Below are positions 30,060 to 40,716 of a DNA stretch of 64,000 nucleotides, in pieces. Every line of letters begins with the position of its first letter. Within the stretch, counting starts at the first letter, position 1. The stretch is from a bacterium (GTDB lineage Bacteria; UBA8248; JACPRG01; G963555815). The position numbers and the translations under genes were made by a program. The notes beneath the pieces are model-generated. The model did not search any database and was not told the origin of the DNA. It saw only the letters and a program-made list of their open reading frames with translations. The stretch is from contig OZ244653.1 in NCBI GenBank assembly GCA_965218795.1, positions 1,312,001-1,376,000 of the forward strand, given 5' to 3'.

Positions 30060-32903
30060 TCACCTCCCCTCCCCCAGATTCATCGCCAGCAGTTCCCTCA
30101 GTGCGTCATCCTCTGAGATCTCGGCGGGCCAGCCGTAGGCGGCGGCCACGGCGGCGTCGAGGGTTGCGTGGGCGTGGGCGAGCCATTGGGGGCGGGCGTT
30201 GTAGAGGTTGGTGAGGGTGCGCTTCCTGAGCTCTTTGGCCGCCGTTTCGTCGCGGGGGACCGGACGCTGGGGATAGCCCGGAACCGGCTCGTCCACCCAT
30301 TCCACCCATTCGGGCGGATTGAGCCAGCGGCCGCGCAATTCGACAAGCCGTTGCGCGGCCTCGGCGATGGCGACGGCGCGCGGGTCGTCCACGTAATCGG
30401 AAGCGGGAACGTCGGGCGACAACCCTTCGGGGAAGGGAAAGGTCTCGAAGGTGGTGGTGGGCGTGTAGCGCGGGCGATCTTCCAGACTGGTCCCCAGCCG
30501 GAGGGACCACGCCTCGTGGAACCGGCTGTGCAGGATGCCGAAGGTGGTGTCGTCGTCACGGGCGATGACGGTCAATGCGCTGTCGGGGCAAATCCGAACG
30601 TCACACCACACGAACAGCCTGTGTTTAGCCACGCGGGGAGTGGCGATGTAGCGGGACAAGCCGTCTAACGCTTGGCGAAGGTCCACCACGAAACGCCGAT
30701 GGCGCCACCATTCGTCCCTGAGCGCCTTGACGCGATTATTCGCTCGCGACGGCTTTACATGTTCGACGACATGGGCGAACGGCGCCTCATAGAGCGCGGC
30801 TTTGGCTTCGCTCATTTCATGCCCAAAATCAATGATCCATTTATCCTGTGGCCGTCGCGTCACGTCCATGCCGTTGATCCAGGGTTTGAGAACGTCGGAA
30901 TTCGGCCGTCCGTTCGGGTTCGCTGGCAGACGAAGCCACTCGCGAGCCAAGTCACCGGAAATGTCAAACGCACCACCTTTCTCCCCGCATCGGAAGCTCG
31001 CTCCCCGATTTGTCCGAAGCGGACGCACCGACGACCCAAGGGCCGAGGAGGAAGACGCCACCAGATCGGCGGAAATGCCGGGAGCCGGCATCCCATTCAA
31101 CCGCGCCCCAAGATGTGCATCCGCGCCAGCGAAGCAAACCAGCGCGACCCGCACGGCGGCCCCATCGATCACCCAGGGCTCGTCCGACCAGGCATCGAAG
31201 ATGGCGCCATGCTCAACGATACGGTCGAGCACAAGGCGGTTGGCCCCACCTCGAATGGAATTCGTGGCGACGAGGCCGCTACGGGCGATCTTTCCCTTCG
31301 CCACCAGTTCGCCCGCCTTGCGGAACCAGTAGCACACCAGATCCGCGGCTCCGGGAACCCGGCCCTCATACGCTGCCCGCAACCTCTCCGTGTAAGCATC
31401 GCCGAGCACGCTCCGTATGCGTGAACTTCCCAGGAACGGCGGGTTGCCGATCACGACATCGGCCTCGGGCCAGTCGGGCTCCTCGCCCTCGGGCGTGAGG
31501 ATGGCGTCCCGGCACTCGATGGTCTCCAGGGGCTTGAGGATGGGGTCGCGGGACTCGCTGAACCCGTTGCGCCGCATCCACTGGATCTCGCCGATCCACA
31601 CCGACACCCGGGCCAGCTCGGCCGCGTAGGCGTTGAGCTCGATCCCCCGGACGTTGGCCGGCCCGATTGTAGGAAACGCCCGCTCAAGCCCCAGGGCCTC
31701 GGCCTCCAACTGCACCCGGTGCTCCAGGTCCTTGAGGGCGTGCAGGGCCAGATAGAGAAAATTGCCCGAACCGCAGGCCGGATCGAGCACGGTGAAGCGG
31801 CGCAGGCGCTCCAGGAAGGCGCGCAGCAGGCGGTCGGCCTTGCTATGGTGCCGCGTCCCCGCCGAGGCCGATTTGGCCGCGCGGGACCGGTCCAGACAGG
31901 CGGCGATATCGGCCTTGGCCGTCTCCCACGCGGCGAGCCAGGGGCGCACCACCACGGGCTCCACGATCCGCATGATCTTGTCCCGGTCGGTGTAGTGGGC
32001 CCCGAGCTGGGAGCGCTTGTCCGGGTCCAGACCGCGCTCGAACAGAGTGCCCAGAATGGAAGGGTCGATCTCGGACCAGTCGAGGGCGGCCGCCGCAAGG
32101 GTTGTCTCGATACCGGCCCGGTCCAGGGGCAGGGCCGCGTCGTCGTCGAACAGGCCGCCGTTGAACCACGCCACCGTCTCGAAACCGACACGGCCGCCAA
32201 AGGACATGGCACCGAACAGGTCCCGGGCCAGGACGGAGAACTCCCCGGGCCGCTGCCGCGCCTGCTCCAGCATCCGGGTGAACATCCGGTTCGGAAGAAG
32301 ACCCGCGTCCTCGGCGAACATGCAGAACACCAGACGGTTGATGAAATGAGCCACGGCCTGGGGGGCGTGGCCGCCCTCCCGCAGGGACTGCGCCAGGGAG
32401 GCGAAGGTTTGCGCGGCCCGCTCGGTGACTTCCTGACGGCTCTCGCCCGGACGAAGGCGCCCGGGCTCGGACATGGCCCATTTGAGCCTGTCGCGGTTGG
32501 CCGCGTTGGCCAGACCCTCCAGGGCGAACTCGTGGGTCTCGCTTACGCTGTTGGTCCAGTTGGTGCGGATGCGGAACCGCCCCATGTCCGAGACGATCAG
32601 AAGCGGCGGGTTCTCAAGGGCGAGGGCGTATTGTCGAAGCTGGTTGAAGGCGGCGTCCAGGTCGGCGTGACGGCCCTTGTACTCCCAGGCGAAGTGGTGG
32701 CGCTTCCACACGTCGGCCCAGCCGTCGCCGCCGGTGTCCTTGCGGGCCCCGCGCTCGAAGCAGTAATGCTCGCCGGTCGGATCGGCCTCGGCAGGCGTGG
32801 ACTCGCCCAGGAGGCGGCACAGGTCGATGAAGTGCTCCTGAGAAGCGGAGCGCTCCTTCAGTTCCGACGCCCGCCACTTGGCGATGAACTCACCCGGCGT
32901 CAT
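30060..32903 (-). CDS. MmeI-like Type IIG/IIL restriction-modification fusion enzyme
   Basis: WAD..WEYK nuclease motif, GAHYT, LDPACGSGNF, GNPPF, RYTPTTTFETFPFP. Confidence 0.92.
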   Translation of the reverse strand: MTPGEFIAKWRASELKERSASQEHFIDLCRLLGESTPAEADPTGEHYCFERGARKDTGGDGWADVWKRHHFAWEYKGRHADLDAAFNQLRQYALALENPPLLIVSDMGRFRIRTNWTNSVSETHEFALEGLANAANRDRLKWAMSEPGRLRPGESRQEVTERAAQTFASLAQSLREGGHAPQAVAHFINRLVFCMFAEDAGLLPNRMFTRMLEQARQRPGEFSVLARDLFGAMSFGGRVGFETVAWFNGGLFDDDAALPLDRAGIETTLAAAALDWSEIDPSILGTLFERGLDPDKRSQLGAHYTDRDKIMRIVEPVVVRPWLAAWETAKADIAACLDRSRAAKSASAGTRHHSKADRLLRAFLERLRRFTVLDPACGSGNFLYLALHALKDLEHRVQLEAEALGLERAFPTIGPANVRGIELNAYAAELARVSVWIGEIQWMRRNGFSESRDPILKPLETIECRDAILTPEGEEPDWPEADVVIGNPPFLGSSRIRSVLGDAYTERLRAAYEGRVPGAADLVCYWFRKAGELVAKGKIARSGLVATNSIRGGANRLVLDRIVEHGAIFDAWSDEPWVIDGAAVRVALVCFAGADAHLGARLNGMPAPGISADLVASSSSALGSSVRPLRTNRGASFRCGEKGGAFDISGDLAREWLRLPANPNGRPNSDVLKPWINGMDVTRRPQDKWIIDFGHEMSEAKAALYEAPFAHVVEHVKPSRANNRVKALRDEWWRHRRFVVDLRQALDGLSRYIATPRVAKHRLFVWCDVRICPDSALTVIARDDDTTFGILHSRFHEAWSLRLGTSLEDRPRYTPTTTFETFPFPEGLSPDVPASDYVDDPRAVAIAEAAQRLVELRGRWLNPPEWVEWVDEPVPGYPQRPVPRDETAAKELRKRTLTNLYNARPQWLAHAHATLDAAVAAAYGWPAEISEDDALRELLAMNLGEGR

Positions 32904-33143
32904 GGCATCGGCCGCAAGGGCGCATCGCAGCCGGGGCGCCTGTCCGCCGGCCAGGCAGGCTGTCCGTCCATCGCGAACCCACGGCCTGTCGACCCCTCAT
33001 GTGGTTACAAAGCCCCCGGAAAAGCCGCTTGTTACGCTGTTTCCAGGCTACCAAGGCCAGAAAGCGGCGGTCGGATTTGTGACGAGAAAGCAGCATTTGA
33101 AACGCATCCTTGCAGCGCGCGCCGACGGCACCCACCGCCACTT

Positions 33144-33195
33144 TTCCACGGTATTCCACGGTATTCCACGGTATTCCACGGATAACCACGGTATT
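33144..33195. repeat. 10-bp tandem repeat (TTCCACGGTA, about 5 copies)
   Basis: ttccacggta ttccacggta ttccacggta ttccacggat aaccacggta. Confidence 0.92.
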
Positions 33196-33301
33196 TTCGG
33201 CCCTACAGTTGTTTATCTACCTCTTCACCGATCCTGCTGACGGTTTTCGCAACGGACGAAGTCCCCGGACATCAGGGTACTGAAACCCAAAGGGCGTCCG
33301 C

Positions 33302-34315
33302 TCAGAGTCCCAGCAAGCCCTTTGCCGTGCCGCCCAGGATCATGGCCTTGTCGTCCGCGGACAGGGAGGTGGCTTCGATGCTGGAGACGGCGCGGGAGAG
33401 ATCTCCGCTCAGAAACGGGTAGTCGCTCCCCAGCAGCAAATGGTCGGCGCCCGCAAAGGCGTGTGCGCACTCGACCGCCGGGGGATAGAACGACACGGTA
33501 TCCCAATAGAGGAGCTTGAAGTACTCGCCGGGCTTTTTGGGGATGCTCTTCTGAACCTCGGGGAATCGGCATCCCCGCTCCAGCCGATCAGCCAGGAACG
33601 GAACGGCCCCGCCCAGATGATTGAAGATCAGTTTCAGGTTCGGGTGCTCCTCGAGGAGCCCGTCGAAGACGAGGGTCGTCGCCACCAGGGTCGTTTCGAA
33701 CATGAAGCCGACCAGGGCCGCCAGGTGGAACCGCTCCAGGGCGGGATTGGGCTCCGCGTTGAGCGGGTGGATGAAGACGGGCCGGTCGAGCGCCTCCGCC
33801 TCGGCAAAGAAGGGCCGGAAACGACGGTCGCTCAGGTTGACGCCGTCAACGTTGGTGAAGGTCGAAAACCCCTTCAGTCCGAGCTCACCGACCGAGCGGC
33901 GCATCTCCTCCCGGGCGGCGTCCATGTCCTTCAGGAAAACCGAACCGAATCCCGCGAAGCGGTCGGGTCGCCGCCGGACCATCTCGGCGATATCGTCGTT
34001 GATGGCCCGCATGAGGGGAACGCCGTCCTCCGGCTCGAAGAGGTCGATGCTGGGATTGCCCATCGTCAACACCTGGAGGTCGAAGTTCGCCGCGTCCATG
34101 TGGGCCAGGCGGGGGCCCGGATCAATCCCCGTGGCCGAGATGGGGCCGAAGTCGAACCCTCGGTGGTAAAAACGGATGCGGCCGTCATCATCCTCTTCCA
34201 GGCGAAGACCGTAGCGCTCCTGCTTGTTTTTGAGCGTTTCCAAATAGACCATCGGATAGACGTGGGAGTGGAAATCGATATTCACGGTCAAGCTCCGTTC
34301 AAGTGTCTCTGTCAT
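33302..34315 (-). CDS. Amidohydrolase-2 family (ACMSD-like decarboxylase/hydrolase)
   Basis: IDFHSH, FIHP, HLGG.VPF, LLGSDYP. Confidence 0.88.
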   Translation of the reverse strand: MTETLERSLTVNIDFHSHVYPMVYLETLKNKQERYGLRLEEDDDGRIRFYHRGFDFGPISATGIDPGPRLAHMDAANFDLQVLTMGNPSIDLFEPEDGVPLMRAINDDIAEMVRRRPDRFAGFGSVFLKDMDAAREEMRRSVGELGLKGFSTFTNVDGVNLSDRRFRPFFAEAEALDRPVFIHPLNAEPNPALERFHLAALVGFMFETTLVATTLVFDGLLEEHPNLKLIFNHLGGAVPFLADRLERGCRFPEVQKSIPKKPGEYFKLLYWDTVSFYPPAVECAHAFAGADHLLLGSDYPFLSGDLSRAVSSIEATSLSADDKAMILGGTAKGLLGL

Positions 34316-34389
34316 TTCATGGCGATCGGATCGAAATCATCCTTCGGGGCCAGGAACGAATTGTCAACCAGGAGAACCATCCTGAAATC

Positions 34390-35244
34390 TCACTTCACGG
34401 CACCGACTGTAAACCCCGCGATGAAACGGTCCACGAAAAAATTGTACAGAATCGCTATCGGCACGCTGGCGATGAAGCAGGCCGCCATGAGCGACCCCCA
34501 GAAATACACGTCCCCCCGGACGAGAAACGTCGGCACCCCCACGCTCACGGTGAACGAGGAGGAAGACGTGATGAACGTCAGGCCGTACACGAATTCCTGC
34601 ATCACCAGGGTCAGCGAAAAGATCACCACCGTGAGAATCCCGGAGGAGGAGACGGGAACCGCAATCCGCATGAACGCGCCGAAGCGGCTGTGGCCATCCA
34701 CCATCGCCGCCTCTTCCAGGTCCTTGGGAATCGCTTTGAAGAAACCCATCAACAGCCAGGTGGAGAAGGGGACCGTAATGCTCGGGTAAACCAGAACCAG
34801 GGACCACAGGGAGTCCTGCAATCCCAGCGTGGCAACGACCCGCGAGAGAGGGATGAACAAAAGGGTTGGCGGTACCAGGTAGGTCAGGAAGATTCCGATG
34901 CCCATCCGCTCCCCCCATCGGCCTGAGAGCCGGGCCAGGCTGTAACCCGCGGGGACGGCCAGGAGCAGCGTGATGACCACCACGGCGCCGCCCACAAGAC
35001 CCGTGTTCAACAGCCAGTTTCCGTAGAGGGTGTCGAAAAACAGGAGCTTCAGGTGCTCCAGCGTCGGCGGAGCGTTATACAGAAAAGGGTTGTTTTGGGG
35101 ATTGAGGAGATCCCGGGTTTCCTTGAAGGTGGTGATCAGCATCCACAGGAAGGGGAAAGCCGCGAAAACGGCGAACAGGGTCAGCAGGGCGTAATGGCCC
35201 ACGCCGCCCACCCATCTTCCGAGCCGGGACCGGCCGCCGGCCAT
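34390..35244 (-). CDS. Carbohydrate ABC permease (MalG-like)
   Basis: IPKDLEEAAMVDG EAA loop. Confidence 0.9.
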   Translation of the reverse strand: MAGGRSRLGRWVGGVGHYALLTLFAVFAAFPFLWMLITTFKETRDLLNPQNNPFLYNAPPTLEHLKLLFFDTLYGNWLLNTGLVGGAVVVITLLLAVPAGYSLARLSGRWGERMGIGIFLTYLVPPTLLFIPLSRVVATLGLQDSLWSLVLVYPSITVPFSTWLLMGFFKAIPKDLEEAAMVDGHSRFGAFMRIAVPVSSSGILTVVIFSLTLVMQEFVYGLTFITSSSSFTVSVGVPTFLVRGDVYFWGSLMAACFIASVPIAILYNFFVDRFIAGFTVGAVK

Positions 35245-35245
35245 C

Positions 35246-36163
35246 TCAGGTCACCTCCGCCCGCCGGGCAATCCGCAGCATCAGGAAAGCGACGGCCACC
35301 AACAGGGGAAAGAGGAACAGGGCGATGGCCGCGCCTTCGGCCAGATCCCCCCCGTCAATTCCCGTGTAAAAGGCCAGGCTCGCCAGAACCTGGGTCGAAT
35401 CGTAGGGGCCGCCGCCGGTCAGCACATAGATGACGATCATGTCCGTGAACGCGAAGACGATGCCGAACAGAGCGGCGACGCCGAGGATCGGGAGCACCAT
35501 CGGGATGGTGATTTCAAGCTCGCGCCGCCAAAACCCGGCCCCGTCCACCGAAGCGGCGTCATGGATGTCCTGGGGGATGGAGCTGAGCCCCGCCAGCAGG
35601 ATCACCGTGGCCAGCGGGAGAAGCCGCCAAACGTGGATGGCGATAATGGAGGACATGGCCAGACGGGGAAAGCCCAGCCACATGGGCCAGGTTTCCGGGC
35701 CGAAGATTCCAATGGCGCGAAGCGTCCAATTGATCACGCTGTAAATGGAATCCAGGATCCACATCCAGCCGATGGCCCCCAATGAGACCGGCGCCACCCA
35801 AGGCAGGAGAATGAGCCCCCGAACGATCCACTTCCCCCTGAAGTCTTTCAGCAGGGCCAGCGCCAGAATCTTGGCCAGCACGAGAACAATCGCCTGGGAA
35901 CCGAAAGCGAAGATGAAGGTGTTCTTCACGGCGACCCGGAATGCGGGAGTCTCGAAGCTCTCTCTGAAGTTCTCAAGACCGACGAATTTGAAGCCCAGGC
36001 TGCCGACGGTGATGTCGCTCACGCTGTAGAACAAGGCCAGAAAGAAGGGGAAGCCGATCAGCGCTGCAATGTAGAGGATGGCCGGGGCGATCATCAACCG
36101 GGCAAGCCAATCCTCCCGGTCCAGGAGGTCACCGTATCGGCCCGTCCGCGCTCTGGCCGCCAA
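35246..36163 (-). CDS. Carbohydrate ABC permease (MalF-like)
   Basis: LAGLSSIP.DIHDAASVDGA. Confidence 0.9.
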   Translation of the reverse strand: MAARARTGRYGDLLDREDWLARLMIAPAILYIAALIGFPFFLALFYSVSDITVGSLGFKFVGLENFRESFETPAFRVAVKNTFIFAFGSQAIVLVLAKILALALLKDFRGKWIVRGLILLPWVAPVSLGAIGWMWILDSIYSVINWTLRAIGIFGPETWPMWLGFPRLAMSSIIAIHVWRLLPLATVILLAGLSSIPQDIHDAASVDGAGFWRRELEITIPMVLPILGVAALFGIVFAFTDMIVIYVLTGGGPYDSTQVLASLAFYTGIDGGDLAEGAAIALFLFPLLVAVAFLMLRIARRAEVT

Positions 36164-36196
36164 GGGGGGTTCTCCTTCTTCTCCATCGTTCCGGTT

Positions 36197-37226
36197 TCAG
36201 ATGGGCTTTTCACCCGTGCGAAGCCCGGTTTCCTGATCGAAAAACCGCACGTCCTTCCTCGCGACGGCGAACTCACGGATATCATCGGCCCGAAAGTCGA
36301 ACGGAAGGTTCGAGGAAAGCCGGGCGATGGCCTTCTGGTCCCGGAAGGGTCCTCCCACGACGCCGTAAATCAACGGTCCGCGCCCAGGGACTCCACGCGG
36401 TTCAGCCGAAACGGCAGACGGAATCCGTTTTCTCCTGCGTGGGAGCCTTCACCCGGGAGAAAGGTCTCCGGCCGGAATCCCACAATGGCGCCCTCCCCTT
36501 TCAGGAGATTCATCGGAGGGGAACCCAGAAATCCGGCGACGAATGTATCTGCGGGGTCGTCGTATATTTCCTGGGGGAAGCCGAGTTGCCGGAGCTTGCC
36601 CGAGTCCATGACAGCAATCCGGTCGCCCATTTCCATCGCCTCGACCTGGTCGTGGGTTACGTAAATGGTTGTGGTGCCGATTCGCCGCTGAAACTGGAGG
36701 AGCTCGTCTCTCGCGGACGCCCGCAGCTTGGCATCCAGGTTCGACAACGGCTCGTCCAGAAGGAAAAGGTTCGGCTCCCGGACGACCGCCCGGGCCAACG
36801 CGACGCGCTGGCGCTCGCCGCCTGAAAGCGCCCGCGGTTTCCGATCCAACAGGCGCTCGATGTCGAAAATCCCCGCGGCCCACTCCACCCGCTTGTTCCG
36901 CTCTTCCCTCGGCATGCCGGAGGCTTTCAACGGAAACGCGTGTTCTGGAAGACCGATTTGTGGGGGTAGAGGGCATAGCTTTGGAAAACCATGGCGATCC
37001 CCCGGGTCCGCGGCGGAAGGTGGTTCACCACGACTCCCCCGATCACGATATCTCCGTCGGTGGGCTGCTCCAATCCCGCGATCATTCGAAGGAGTGTGGT
37101 TTTACCGCAGCCGGAGGGTCCTAGAAAAACGAGGAACTCGCCTTCCTCGCTCTTCAGATCAACGCCGTCGACCGCCTTCACGTCTCCGAAGTATTTCTTG
37201 ATGCCAATCGTTTCGACCGTGGCCAT
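36197..37226 (-). pseudogene. MalK-like ABC ATPase with two 1-nt frameshifts
   Basis: [29 protein letters not shown]; breaks near 36941 (QNIAFPL expected) and 36372 (DRLIYG expected). Confidence 0.85.
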
Positions 37227-37368
37227 CTATGGCTCCCGTGCGAATCCCGTATCCGGCCTCGTCTCCGGTGGCTTCCCGGTCCGGGTAAAGAGAGAGGGAG
37301 ACCGCAACGGGCGGTCCCCCTCTTCCGTCTTCACTGAGCGCCCCGAACGCTCATCCGTAGGGCGCGTC

Positions 37369-38718
37369 TCAAACCTTTCCTTTGGTCCGCCACTTCTTGA
37401 AGATGCGGTCAACCGCCTTGGCCGCCTCATTGACGGCGGCCTCCGGGGAGAGAGCGCCCTGCGCGGCCTTGGCGAACATCGTCGAGACAATCCATGTACT
37501 GAAGATCTCATCGATGGCCGCGTTGGCGTAGCCCGGGTAACCGACATTGGTCGCCCAGTCCAGCACGTCTTCCAGGACCTTGTACTTGTCGGGCGGATTC
37601 GCCTTCGCGTCGTTGGCGAGCAGCTTCTTGAAATCGGGCACCGTATCCGGGAAACATGGGAAATTGTAATACTCGCTCGCCATGAATCCCCGCTTGAAGT
37701 TGCCGATGTAGTCGACCAGGAACTGCTTGGCGCCGTCGATGTTCTTGGCGAATTTTCAGATGACGTAGACGTCCATGACGTGCTCAAGGCCGATCCGCCG
37801 CACAGGACCCGCCGCGGCCTTGGCCAGCCAGATGTTGTCGGTCACGGGAATCTTCTTGTTCTCGCCCGTCCGTGTGATGGAGATGGCGTTCAGGGACAGC
37901 GACCCCTTCCCCGCCAGCATGAACCGGTTGTTCGAGGCGGCGTTCCAGGTGAACACCTCGGGCGTCATTGTTTCCTCGTAGAGGGCCTTGACGAACTTGA
38001 CGGCCTCGACCGTATGCCTGGACTTCAGGACGGGATTTCCGTCGGCGTCCTGCACGGAGCTCCCGAAGGAGTACATGATGGACCGCAGGGCCATGTTGGT
38101 GTCGATTTCCGATGCGAGGCCGATCCCCACGGGATTGCCGTACTTCTTCTTGATCTTGGCCCCGCCGACCCGGATATCGTCCCAGGTGTTGGGGCTCATG
38201 CCCACGCCGTCCCAAAGGTCTTTCCGGTAATTCACCGGATCCGGAACATAACTGTCCGAGAACCCGTAGTACTTTTTGGTTTTGGGGTTATAGGTGCTCC
38301 GGATGGCGAGCGGGATGGCCTTGCCGTATTTGCGCTGGCACTCTTCGTAGATCTCCTTGTGATCGATGACCTGATCCTCGTGGACCGGCGGCGGCCACAG
38401 GAACATGAACAGGTCGTGACCCTGCTGGGCCCCAACCTCCGCTGCCGCTCGGGCGTTCAGCCCCGCCAGTCCGATGTTGTCCACGATCACCTTCGTATCG
38501 TTCTTCTGCCCCCACTCTTTGATGTACTGGTTGTTGAACCACTTGTCATACCCTGGGACAAAGTGGTTCCATTGAAGAATCTTCAACGTCTTCCGTTGGG
38601 CCTCGGATCAGCCGGGGATGATGATTCCCGGTTCGAGACCAGCCGCTACGGCGCCTGCGCCGGCTACCTTCAATACGGTACGGCGGGAGATTCCTTGATT
38701 GTTCCCCTTTTTTGCCAT
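37369..38718 (-). pseudogene. Tat-exported sugar-type substrate-binding protein with two in-frame TGA stops
   Basis: SRRTVLK Tat motif; TGA at 38608-38610 and 37756-37758, all in one frame. Confidence 0.85.
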
Positions 38719-38938
38719 CACCCTTCTCCTCCGGATTCACAACAGTTCGGCCAAGGGGCCGCTCCTGGGACATCGTAGAAGGAACCAAACAGCAATCCGT
38801 TCCAGCCGACGAGGCTGAAAGGTACAGGAATCATTCGTCAAGGAGTCAATACGCAGTTCGCAGCAAGATCTTAACGCAATCGATTCTCCAGTCTCAAGGC
38901 TCCGGGATTCGGAAATGAGCGCAATTCTCATCATTGAA

Positions 38939-39445
38939 TCACCGCGGGGCCAGAATGATTTCGAATTCATACCAAGCCGCGCCGGGCTGAAAATCGTCGA
39001 TTTCAACGACAGGCCTGAAGCCGTTTCCAATACCCGGGGACTCTACAGTCCGGATTTTCCCCCTCCCCTCCAACTCCTTGAGATCAACCCAAACGGGCCG
39101 CGGCGGGACGACGAAGCCCTTCAGTTCCAATCCCGATGAATCACACCGGCAGTGAAGGCCCTCGTCTTCGCCGAAGGGCCATTCCGGGAACCAGGGCGAG
39201 CCATCGACCGTCGTAGGAAGATTTCGGTCGGTCCATCTTCCCGGCGCCACCCAATCCAGATGACGAATCCAGAGACGGCTGTCCTGAACGGCGAACCAGC
39301 TTCTCCCGTCGATGAAGCTTCGGATTCGCAGCGTAGCGGAAGAGCGGACGAGCTTCTTCTCGCCCTGGAACGCATTCTGCGCGCCGGCTGGAACGTTCCA
39401 TAAACAAAGCGCGGATGTGAGTGCCAACACCAAGACCGTCCGCAT
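38939..39445 (-). CDS. Hypothetical secreted protein
   Basis: Signal-peptide-like MRTVLVLALTSALCLWNVPAGAQ; no family recognised. Confidence 0.55.
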   Translation of the reverse strand: MRTVLVLALTSALCLWNVPAGAQNAFQGEKKLVRSSATLRIRSFIDGRSWFAVQDSRLWIRHLDWVAPGRWTDRNLPTTVDGSPWFPEWPFGEDEGLHCRCDSSGLELKGFVVPPRPVWVDLKELEGRGKIRTVESPGIGNGFRPVVEIDDFQPGAAWYEFEIILAPR

Positions 39446-39637
39446 ACTATCCCCCGGGCTGGAGGCCCTCATGGCTTCGCCCCGATTCCCATCGTTGAAT
39501 GAAAAGAAAAGGGAAAGATAAGTGCCGGGCCGTCGGCGAACTTAACCCTCAACCTGATCCAGTAGAAGGTAGAAGAATAATACCGAAAAAACAGCGGGGC
39601 GCGTGAACGAGCCCCCGGACGTCGCCGGCCATTTGTT

Positions 39638-40600
39638 TCAGTCGCCTTCGTCGATCTGGTGGATCTGTCCGGCCACCAGTTCGTTGGGGAGCTGGAACAC
39701 GACATTCTCATCCGGCCCTTCGAGCTCCTCGACCTCTGCGATGCCCCGCCCCTTCAGAAACTCGACCAGCTCCCTGACCAGAAATTCGGGAGTGGACGCG
39801 CCCGCGGTCACGCCGATCCGATCGGCCTCGTCGAACCAGGACATCTCAAGGTCGGAAACCCCGTCGATCAGGTGCGCCCGGATGCCAGATGATTCTCCCA
39901 CCTCTTTGAGCCGCATGGAGTTCGAGCTGTTTTGGGAACCCAGGACGAGAAGGAGACCGACCTTTCCGGTCATCTCCTTGACCGCGAACTGGCGGTTCGT
40001 CGTCGCATAGCAGATGTCCTCCTTGGCCGGCAGGGTCAGATCCGGAAACTTTTGCTTGAGCGCGGAGATGACCTCCGCCGTATCGTCAACGCTCAAGGTC
40101 GTCTGCGTGAGGCAGACCACCTTCTTCGGATCGGGTACCGTGACGCCATCGACCTCCTCCACTTCGCTGATGACTGTAATATCGTCAGGGGCCTCTCCGT
40201 AGGTGCCGATGACCTCGTCGTGGTCCATGTGTCCCACCAGAATGATGTGGAACCCGTTCCGAACGTACCGGCGGACCTCGCTGTGAACCTTGGTCACCAG
40301 CGGACAGGTGGCGTCCAGGGCCTTCAATTTCCGTCTTGTCGCCTCCCCCACGACGGTTGGGGCGATGCCGTGCGCGCTGAAAATGATGATTGCGCCTTCG
40401 GGGACCTCATCCAGCTCCTCGACAAAGATGGCGCCCTTCTTTCTCAGGTTCTCCACAACGTGCTTGTTGTGAACGATCTCCTTTCGGACATAAATCGGCG
40501 ACCCGTACTGTCCCAACGCGTGTTCGACCACCTCGATGGCTCGGTCGACGCCCGCGCAGAAACCCCTCGGTTTCGCCAGAATCAACTCATGGAAAGACAT
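39638..40600 (-). CDS. ispH: 4-hydroxy-3-methylbut-2-enyl diphosphate reductase
   Basis: PRGFCAGVDRA, IVHN, SAHG, DATCPLV, QTT, ICYAT.NRQ, SSNS, TAGASTP. Confidence 0.97.
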   Translation of the reverse strand: MSFHELILAKPRGFCAGVDRAIEVVEHALGQYGSPIYVRKEIVHNKHVVENLRKKGAIFVEELDEVPEGAIIIFSAHGIAPTVVGEATRRKLKALDATCPLVTKVHSEVRRYVRNGFHIILVGHMDHDEVIGTYGEAPDDITVISEVEEVDGVTVPDPKKVVCLTQTTLSVDDTAEVISALKQKFPDLTLPAKEDICYATTNRQFAVKEMTGKVGLLLVLGSQNSSNSMRLKEVGESSGIRAHLIDGVSDLEMSWFDEADRIGVTAGASTPEFLVRELVEFLKGRGIAEVEELEGPDENVVFQLPNELVAGQIHQIDEGD

Positions 40601-40716
40601 CGTCCCCCCTCTGCTGACGAAGGTCCCCGCCCAGATCCGCTTTCTTCAGCAGCCATTTTACCATAAGGGCCGCGCAGGATGCGGATGACGGCCGAAAAGC
40701 CGGGTCGGCTTGCGGG

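Noticed and set aside
33144-33195. CRISPR array
   Set aside because: 10-bp units with no spacers and no cas genes
37756-38610. TGA recoding (Trp or selenocysteine)
   Set aside because: TGA terminates many intact genes here, the positions are not Cys-like, and the neighbouring gene is also broken
36991-38778. Long antisense ORFs (e.g. 595 aa here, 519 aa at 55203-56762)
   Set aside because: Shadow frames of real opposite-strand genes with no recognisable motifs
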